DNA from: Myxococcota bacterium | Lineage (GTDB): Bacteria > Myxococcota_A > UBA9160 > PR03 | Assembly: GCA_041611735.1 (NCBI GenBank) | Contig: JBFIML010000073.1 | Coordinates: forward strand, 1 to 12,526 | Direction of reading: 5' to 3' | DNA: 12,526 nt | Shown here: piece by piece, positions 6,775-12,526 of the stretch | How the letters are laid out: each line of letters begins with the position of its first letter | How positions within the stretch are numbered: the stretch's first letter is position 1 | The notes under the pieces: generated by a model | The model's database searches: none | The model's input: the letters and a program-made list of their open reading frames with translations, nothing else | Told to the model about the DNA's origin: nothing | Program-made: the position numbers and the translations under genes

Positions 6775-7980
6775 GTGAGCCGCTTACCGCGGACGGCGGA
6801 CGAGGTGCACGGCGCGACGCCGCCGGGCGCGGAGGCGTTGTGGGCCGAGGCCCAGCGGCTCGCCTCGGAGCTGCGCGCCGACGCCGAGGCCATCGAGACG
6901 GCGCGACGCCTTCCCGAGCCCTGGGTCCGGAGCTTCCAGCGCGCGGGCTTCTTCCGGCTCTGCGTGCCCCGCTCCCTGGGCGGCGCCGAGCTCGCCCCCG
7001 CCGAGCTCGTGCGCGTGCTCGAGGCCCTGGCCACGGGCGACGGCTCCGCGGCCTGGTGCGCCATGATCGCCTCGACGAGCGGGGCCCTGGCCGCGTGGCT
7101 CGAGCCCGACGTGGCGCGGCGCATCTTCGGCACGCCGGACGCGGTGGTGGGCGGCGTCTTCGCGCCGCGCGGCCGGGCCGAGCGCGTGCCCGGCGGCTTC
7201 CGGGCGAGCGGGCGTTGGAGCTTCGCCAGCGGCTGCCAGCACTCGTCCTGGCTGCTGGGCGGCTGCCTCGTATCCGGACCCGACGGACCCGAGCGGACCC
7301 CCGCGGGCCGCCCAGACGTGCGGCTCCTGCTGTTCCCGGCCGGCGAGGCGGAGATCCTGGATACGTGGCACGTGGCCGGCCTGTGCGGCACCGGAAGCCA
7401 CGACATCGCCGTGCGCGAGCTGCGAGTGCCCGAGACCCACTCCCTGTCGCTGCTCAGCGATGCGCCCCGCGAGCCCGGCCCGCTCTACGCCTTTCCGGTC
7501 TTCGGGCTGCTGGCGGTCGGCATCGCCGGCGTGGCGCTCGGGATCGCGCGCCGCGCCATCGACGAGCTGAACGAGCTCGCCGCCCGCAAGACGCCCACCC
7601 TGGCCGAGCGTCGCCTGGCGGAGCGCTCGTGGACCCAGAGCCGGGTGGCCGAGGCCGAGGCCCACTGGGGTGCCGGCCGCGCCTGGCTGCTCGAGAGCGT
7701 GGAAGCCATCTCGGAGCGCGCGGCGGCACAGGGCACGATCCCGCTCGCCGACCGCGCCCGGGTGCGCATCGCCTCCACCCACGCGGTGCGCAGCGCCGTC
7801 CAGGCCGTGGACCACGTCTACGAGCTCGGGGGCGGGAGCTCGCCCTACCGCGCGAGTCCCCTCCAGCGCCATTTCCGCGACGTGCACGTGCTGACCCAGC
7901 ACCTGATGGTCTCGCCGGCCAGCCTGGAGCTGGCCGGGCGCGTGCTGCTCGGAGTCGATGCCGACACCTCGATGCTGTAG
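6775..7980 (+). CDS. Acyl-CoA dehydrogenase-fold flavin-dependent monooxygenase, oxygenase component (HsaA/IacA/C2-HPAH-like)
   Basis: Motifs GFFRLCVPRSLGG, LATGDGSAAW, GRWSFASGC, DTWHVAGLCGTGSHD, PLQRHFRDVHVLTQH fit the hydroxylase branch rather than true acyl-CoA dehydrogenases. Start placed at GTG 6775 because of GGAG at 6765-6768; ATG 6733 is the alternative. Confidence 0.85.
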   Translation: MSRLPRTADEVHGATPPGAEALWAEAQRLASELRADAEAIETARRLPEPWVRSFQRAGFFRLCVPRSLGGAELAPAELVRVLEALATGDGSAAWCAMIASTSGALAAWLEPDVARRIFGTPDAVVGGVFAPRGRAERVPGGFRASGRWSFASGCQHSSWLLGGCLVSGPDGPERTPAGRPDVRLLLFPAGEAEILDTWHVAGLCGTGSHDIAVRELRVPETHSLSLLSDAPREPGPLYAFPVFGLLAVGIAGVALGIARRAIDELNELAARKTPTLAERRLAERSWTQSRVAEAEAHWGAGRAWLLESVEAISERAAAQGTIPLADRARVRIASTHAVRSAVQAVDHVYELGGGSSPYRASPLQRHFRDVHVLTQHLMVSPASLELAGRVLLGVDADTSML

Positions 7981-7992
7981 GCGGGAGAAGCC

Positions 7993-8793
7993 ATGTCCCT
8001 GGACGCATCCTCGTTCCGTGCGCTGCGCTTCGAGCGCCGCGAGGCGATCCTGCTCGTCACCTTGGATCATCCCGAGAGCCCCCTCAATGCGGTAGACGAG
8101 CTGCTGCACGAGGAGCTCGCCCGACTGTTCCGGGAGCTGCGCCGGGAGGATCGGGCGCGGGCGGTGGTGCTCACCGGCCGCGGCCGCGCCTTCTGCGCGG
8201 GCGGTGACTTCGACTGGTTCCCGAAGCTGCGCGACCTGGCCGCCCAGGAGCGGCTCCGGCGCGACGCGAAGCAGCTGGTGTGGGACCTGCTCGACGTGGA
8301 GATTCCCCTGATCGCCGCCCTGAACGGCCCCGCGGTGGGGCTCGGCGCCTCGATCGCCCTGCTGTGCGACGTGATCTTCATGGCGGACAGCGCCTCGCTG
8401 GCGGACCCCCACGTGCGGGTCGGGATCGCCGCCGGCGATGGGGGCGCCGCCATCTGGCCGCTCCTGCTGGGACCCGCCCGCGCCAAGCAGTACCTGCTCA
8501 CCGGGGACCGCATCCCGGCCCCCGAGGCGGAGCGTCTGGGACTCGTGAACCGCGTGGTGCCCGCCGCGGACCTGCTCGACGAGGCGCTCGCCTTCGCCGA
8601 ACGGCTCGCCGCGGGAGCGCCGCTCGCGATCCGCTACACGAAGCTCGCGGTCAACAAGTGGGTGAAGGAGGTGGCGAACGTGGTGTTCGATGCCTCCACG
8701 GCCCTCGAGCTCGTGACCCTGCGCAGCCGCGACCACGAGGAGGCACTGGCGGCGTTGCGCGAGAAGCGCCCGGCCCGCTTCGAGGGGCGCTGA
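7993..8793 (+). CDS. Crotonase superfamily (enoyl-CoA hydratase/isomerase family) protein, His/Asp type
   Basis: AVVLTGRGRAFCAGGD, PLIAALNGPAVGLG, LLTGDRIPAPEAERLGLVNRVVP and C-terminal EKRPARFEGR; GGAG Shine-Dalgarno just upstream of the ATG. Confidence 0.95.
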   Translation: MSLDASSFRALRFERREAILLVTLDHPESPLNAVDELLHEELARLFRELRREDRARAVVLTGRGRAFCAGGDFDWFPKLRDLAAQERLRRDAKQLVWDLLDVEIPLIAALNGPAVGLGASIALLCDVIFMADSASLADPHVRVGIAAGDGGAAIWPLLLGPARAKQYLLTGDRIPAPEAERLGLVNRVVPAADLLDEALAFAERLAAGAPLAIRYTKLAVNKWVKEVANVVFDASTALELVTLRSRDHEEALAALREKRPARFEGR

Positions 8794-8795
8794 CC

Positions 8796-9470
8796 ATGAA
8801 ACCGATCGACGCCATCCGCACCACCCGGGCCGTGCGGCGTTACACCGACGCTCCGATCACCGAGCAGGAGATCCGGACCTGCCTGGATGCGGCGGTGCAG
8901 GCGCCGAGCGGCGGCAACCTGCAGCCCTGGCAGTTCGTGGTGGTACGCGACGCGGAGACGAAGCGCCGCCTCGCGGACCTCTATCGACGCGCGTACGAAC
9001 GCTACGAGCGCGCGCTCCTGGCGTCGCTGCCCCCGTTTCGCTCCGACACGGAGCGTGAGCGCTTCGGGCGCATGATCCGCTCGTCGCGGCACCTGGCGGA
9101 GCACCTGGCCGAAGCGCCGGCGCTCGTGCTGGTGCTGGCTCGGCGCGTCGATCTGACCCTGCGGGACGAGCAGGGACCGCTCGACGTGGGGCACGTCTGC
9201 GCCTCCGTCTACCCGGCGGTGCAGAACCTGATGGTGGCCGCGCGTGCGCTCGGCATCGGCACGGTGCTCACCACGGTGATCCGCGTCCACCACGACGAGG
9301 CTCGGGCGGTCTGTGCGATCCCGGAGCCCTGGGAGATCGCCGCGCTCGTCCCCCTGGGCCGCCCGCGCGGCCGCTTCGGCGTGGCCCCCCGCAAGCCCGC
9401 CGAGGCCGTCACCCACTGGGACCGTTACGGGAGCCGGGCCCCGGGGCCCGCTGGCGCGGAGGCGCGTTGA
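8796..9470 (+). CDS. Nitroreductase-family flavoprotein, 224 aa
   Basis: Start at ATG 8796, 2 nt after the crotonase stop. FMN-binding motifs IRTTRAVRRY, APSGGNLQPWQFVVV, SVYPAVQNLMVAARALGIG, LVPLGRP, RKP. Confidence 0.93.
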   Translation: MKPIDAIRTTRAVRRYTDAPITEQEIRTCLDAAVQAPSGGNLQPWQFVVVRDAETKRRLADLYRRAYERYERALLASLPPFRSDTERERFGRMIRSSRHLAEHLAEAPALVLVLARRVDLTLRDEQGPLDVGHVCASVYPAVQNLMVAARALGIGTVLTTVIRVHHDEARAVCAIPEPWEIAALVPLGRPRGRFGVAPRKPAEAVTHWDRYGSRAPGPAGAEAR

Positions 9471-9473
9471 CGC

Positions 9474-10148
9474 GTGCAGCTCCATCGCGCCTTCGACGCG
9501 CCCCACTACCCGGCCGTCGAGGTGTTCCGCCAGTCGCGCCTCGTGGCGGTGCTGGGCACCCTCCCGGTGGTGGCCGTGGTGGGGCTGTTGGTCGCGTTCG
9601 GGATCGTGCGCGAGGCGCCCGGCGTCTTCTGGATCTTCCCGGCCGCGGTGGGGTTGACCGCCGTGTTCTTGGCGCGCGTCGCCCTGGCGAGCTTCCGGCC
9701 CTCGAACTGGCTGGTGCGCTACAGCCCGGACGGGATGCTGATCCAGATCCGCTCCCACCTGAACGCTCATCTGCCCGCTGAAGACCAGACGATCCTGTAT
9801 CTGCCGACCTCGGAGATCGCGTCCGCCAACAAGCTCGTGGAGCGCGTGGCCGTGCAGACGCCGCGCGGGCGGGAGCGACGCACGTGCATCTGGCTCGAGC
9901 TGCGCCTGGGCCACGACCAGACCCACGGGCTCGCCCAGGCGCTCGTCCGCGAGCGCACGGCCGGGGCCCCGGGCCGCCGCCTGCGCAGCCGCTGGCGCCA
10001 CCACCCCGTCGAACTGTCCGAGCCGGACCGCCTGCGCATCCTGTGGCGCAGCCCGAACACCTGGATCCGCCCCGGCGTGGACCGCGCCCTCGCGCTCCTG
10101 GCCGAGCGCGTGCCGCTCGCTCCGGAGCGCCGCGCGGAGATCCCATGA
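9474..10148 (+). CDS. Hypothetical membrane protein (two N-terminal TM helices plus soluble domain)
   Basis: Fills the gap between two clear genes on the same strand with GC3-rich codons. Hydrophobic segments LVAVLGTLPVVAVVGLLVAFGIV and VFWIFPAAVGLTAVFLARVALA. GTG start is uncertain (GGAGG at 9458-9462). Confidence 0.75.
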   Translation: MQLHRAFDAPHYPAVEVFRQSRLVAVLGTLPVVAVVGLLVAFGIVREAPGVFWIFPAAVGLTAVFLARVALASFRPSNWLVRYSPDGMLIQIRSHLNAHLPAEDQTILYLPTSEIASANKLVERVAVQTPRGRERRTCIWLELRLGHDQTHGLAQALVRERTAGAPGRRLRSRWRHHPVELSEPDRLRILWRSPNTWIRPGVDRALALLAERVPLAPERRAEIP

Positions 10149-10182
10149 GCCGAGGCGAAGGGCGCCGCGGAGAGGGCCGGTC

Positions 10183-10845
10183 GTGGGCATCCTGACCCAC
10201 GAGCAGGCGCGCGCCTTCTACGACCGCCTCGGCGCCCGCCAGGACTCCCAGCGCTTCTACGAGGACGCGGCCACCCGCGAGCTCGTACGTCACGCCGGCT
10301 TCGAGACGGCCCGGGCCGTGGTGGAGTTCGGCTGCGGTACGGGTCGCTTCGCGGAGGGGCTGCTCGCCGAGCGTCTGCCGGCGGCGACGTCCTACCTGGC
10401 CCTCGACGTGAGCACCACCATGGTGGGACTCGCCCGGGAGCGGCTGGGCCGTTTCGGACCGCGGGTGGAGGTGCGGCAGACCGACGGGAGCCCGCGCATC
10501 GACGCCGCGCCCGGCACCTTCGACCGCTTCGTCTCCAACTACGTGCTGGACCTGCTGGCCGAGCCGGAGATCCACGCGCTCCTGGCCGAGGCCCACCGGG
10601 TGCTGGCGCCCCAAGGCCTGCTGGCCCTGGCCAGCCTCGGTCACGGAACCGGTCCCGTCACGCGTCTGGTGGAGCGCGCCTGGACCGGGCTCCACCGGGT
10701 GCGGCCCGCCTGGCTCGGGGGCTGCCGGCCCATCGACCTGCGTGCCTTCGTGGACGCGCCGCGCTGGGCGGAGCGGCACCGGAGCGTCGTGTGCCGCTTC
10801 GGCCTGTGCTCCGAGGTCCTGGTGGCGGAGCGGCGCGGGCCCTGA
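10183..10845 (+). CDS. Class I SAM-dependent methyltransferase
   Basis: Motif I VVEFGCGTG, acidic residue after beta2 (LALDVS), FDRFVSNYVLDLL, EAHRVLAPQG. Substrate unknown. Confidence 0.92.
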   Translation: MGILTHEQARAFYDRLGARQDSQRFYEDAATRELVRHAGFETARAVVEFGCGTGRFAEGLLAERLPAATSYLALDVSTTMVGLARERLGRFGPRVEVRQTDGSPRIDAAPGTFDRFVSNYVLDLLAEPEIHALLAEAHRVLAPQGLLALASLGHGTGPVTRLVERAWTGLHRVRPAWLGGCRPIDLRAFVDAPRWAERHRSVVCRFGLCSEVLVAERRGP

Positions 10846-10851
10846 ACGGCG

Positions 10852-12357
10852 TCAGGCGCCGTCGGCCTCGTCGAGGCGGGCGGCCAGCACGCGCTCGAGC
10901 CTGCGTGAGTCCCGGCGCAGGCGAACGCTGCGGCCGCCGCTCACGAAGACGAGCCCGGGCCTCGCGCCGCGCGGCTTGCGCACCTGCTTGATGGGCACCA
11001 CCAGGACGTCGATGCGTCCCGCCTCCCGCTGGCGAGAGAAGTGGACGGCCAGCTCGCAGGCCTCGAGCATCGACTCCGGCGGCGGGTCGCTGCGGCCTTC
11101 GGTGCGCAGCACCACGTGGCTGCCCGGCGAGGCGTCCAGGTGGAAGAAGAGGTCGTTGCCGCGCGCGAGGCGCGTGGTGAGCAAATCGTTGCCCTCGTCG
11201 CTGCGACCGACCCAGATCTCAAGGCCGTCAGTACTGCGATAGCGACGCGGCAGCAGACGCCGCGGCACGTCGCGCCCGGCCAGGCGCACGGGCCCGCTGC
11301 GGGCGCGGGCGGCCGGCCGCGCCTGCGGGGCGTGGCGGGCCAGCAGGCGTTGCAGCTCGGGACGCTGCGCGAGCTCCTCCAGCGACGCCTCGCTCTCGCT
11401 CGCCCGCGCCTCGAGATCCTGACGCAGCGCGGCCAGCTCGCGACGCCGCTCGGCCAGGACGCCGAGCTCCGCCGCGGCGCGCCGGGCGCGGCGCTCCGCC
11501 TTGCGGGCGCGGCGGAAGAGCCCCTCCAGGTTGGCGGCGGGGGAGCGACTCGGGTCGAGAGGGATCGTCACCTCCTCCCCGGTCTCCCAGTCGCGGGTGC
11601 GGAGCTCCGTGGCGCCGGCGGCCACCCGGTCCAGAGCGCCCTTCAGCAGCTCCCCGTGGCGGCGCGCGCGCTCGGCCAGGGCAGCGTCCCCGGCGTCGCG
11701 CTCCAGGGCGCTCGTCTTGCGGGCCATGCCCTCGTCGGCGCGGCGCAGGGCGCGCTCCAGTCGGCGATGCAGGGCCTCCCGCTCGCCCTCGGCCTCCTGC
11801 GCCGCGTAGCGATGCTCCAGCGCCACGAAGAATCCGGCGTCGGGGACGTCCACGAAGCGATCGGCGCCCTCGGGCGGGGGGCGCCCCCCCGGCGCCTGCC
11901 ACACGGCTCCCGGAGCGAGCTCGCTGCGGGTCTCGGCCAGGGGCCGGAGCGCCGCCACCACCCGCTGCATGGCGTCCAGCAGGTAGAGGTTGGTGCGCGG
12001 GCCGAGGAAGGCGAGCAGCAGCGTACAAGCGCCGTCGGGGGTCTCCACGCGCAGGGCCGCCTGGCGGTCGTCGTCCCAGATCTCCGCAGCGACCAGGCGG
12101 CCCCCCCCCAGGCGCTTGCGCAGCAGACGCGCGAAGGGCCCTGGCGAGGGGGGCGCCTCGGGACGCCGGGCGAGCGTCCCGAGGCGTGCGGTGCGCGGGT
12201 CGGCGCACAGCAGGAGCGCTGCGGCCGGCTGGCCCGGCCGTCGCAGGGCCAGCACCACCCGCTGGGCGTCGATCTGCCAGGCACCCTCGACGCGCGCCCC
12301 GACCCGCTCCGCGTCCACGAGCCGGACCGCACGCCGCAGCTCCGCCAGGCTCAGCAC
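10852..12357 (-). CDS. rqcH: NFACT family protein (RqcH/Rqc2/FbpA-like ribosome quality-control factor) with C-terminal NFACT-R (DUF814) domain
   Basis: NFACT-N motifs FARLLRKRLGGGRL, DR (D97/R98) and GPRTNLYLLD; coiled coils around the M region VTIPLDPSRSPAANLEGLFRRARK; NFACT-R EIWVGRSDEGNDLLT...DLFFHLDASPGSHVVLR. GGAGGAGG Shine-Dalgarno at 12363-12370 precedes the GTG start. Confidence 0.9.
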   Translation of the reverse strand: MLSLAELRRAVRLVDAERVGARVEGAWQIDAQRVVLALRRPGQPAAALLLCADPRTARLGTLARRPEAPPSPGPFARLLRKRLGGGRLVAAEIWDDDRQAALRVETPDGACTLLLAFLGPRTNLYLLDAMQRVVAALRPLAETRSELAPGAVWQAPGGRPPPEGADRFVDVPDAGFFVALEHRYAAQEAEGEREALHRRLERALRRADEGMARKTSALERDAGDAALAERARRHGELLKGALDRVAAGATELRTRDWETGEEVTIPLDPSRSPAANLEGLFRRARKAERRARRAAAELGVLAERRRELAALRQDLEARASESEASLEELAQRPELQRLLARHAPQARPAARARSGPVRLAGRDVPRRLLPRRYRSTDGLEIWVGRSDEGNDLLTTRLARGNDLFFHLDASPGSHVVLRTEGRSDPPPESMLEACELAVHFSRQREAGRIDVLVVPIKQVRKPRGARPGLVFVSGGRSVRLRRDSRRLERVLAARLDEADGA

Positions 12358-12370
12358 GCCGCCCTCCTCC

Positions 12371-12526
12371 TCAGCGCTGGCAGTACGGGCAGTAGTGGGC
12401 GCTGCGCTGCCCGATCACGACGCGGCGGATCGGCCGCCCGCAGCGCGGACACGCCGCGCCCGTGCGCGCGTAGACGCGCCGCTCGTCCTGGTAGGCCCCA
12501 TCGCGGCCGTCCGGAGCCACGAAGTC
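12371..12526 (-). CDS. mutM: Formamidopyrimidine-DNA glycosylase (Fpg/MutM), C-terminal zinc finger; 5'-truncated by the window edge
   Basis: Not in the ORF track. My translation of the minus strand from 12526 is DFVAPDGRDGAYQDERRVYARTGAACPRCGRPIRRVVIGQRSAHYCPYCQR*, with the Fpg 'D(F/Y)...DG..G.YQ...VY.R.G..C..CG..I......RS..YC..CQ' signature. Confidence 0.92.
   Translation of the reverse strand, partial: DFVAPDGRDGAYQDERRVYARTGAACPRCGRPIRRVVIGQRSAHYCPYCQR

Noticed and set aside
7978..7995. In-frame TAG readthrough fusing monooxygenase and crotonase
   Set aside because: The genes are in frame, but the crotonase has its own GGAG Shine-Dalgarno and ATG and both proteins look complete; being in frame has a 1-in-3 chance.
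8280..8795. ORF-track 396-aa version of the nitroreductase
   Set aside because: The extension overlaps the crotonase gene in another frame; family similarity begins at ATG 8796.
9468..9476. In-frame TGA readthrough fusing nitroreductase and the membrane protein
   Set aside because: The TGA follows a low-complexity tail outside any catalytic motif, and I see no evidence for recoding.
6240..10779. Other long overlapping ORFs (6405-8207 +, 6784-8736 -, 8634-10190 -, 9409-10779 -, 6240-7406 -)
   Set aside because: Arg/Pro/Ala/Gly-rich or antisense-mirror translations overlapping well-supported genes.

Overview
Very GC-rich bacterial window with gene-dense, mostly recognisable content and no mobile element, CRISPR array, tRNA or rRNA that I can support. 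From left to right: (1) a translationally coupled TetR(PsrA-like, partial)-MFP-RND efflux operon with no outer-membrane channel gene in view; (2) a 285-bp intergenic region with a CRP/FNR-like site and hairpins; (3) a lipoprotein with a coiled coil, eight PA(Q/R/K)(Y/F) repeats and a C-terminal peptidoglycan-binding domain, followed by a 13-bp stem terminator; (4) a convergent Cys-type SelW/Rdx gene; (5) a divergent putative operon of flavin-dependent monooxygenase, crotonase, nitroreductase, 2-TM hypothetical protein and SAM methyltransferase; (6) on the minus strand, the 3' end of mutM/fpg followed by an NFACT/RqcH gene. The three most interesting observations are the nested a-a'-b'-b repeat design of the lipoprotein (a probable telescoped beta-hairpin rod), a crotonase with a His/Asp pair instead of the two catalytic Glu, and a shortened RqcH whose conserved NFACT-N Glu is replaced by Ala. 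I cannot show from sequence alone that any of these is a new system. All family calls come from motif recognition, not database searches.
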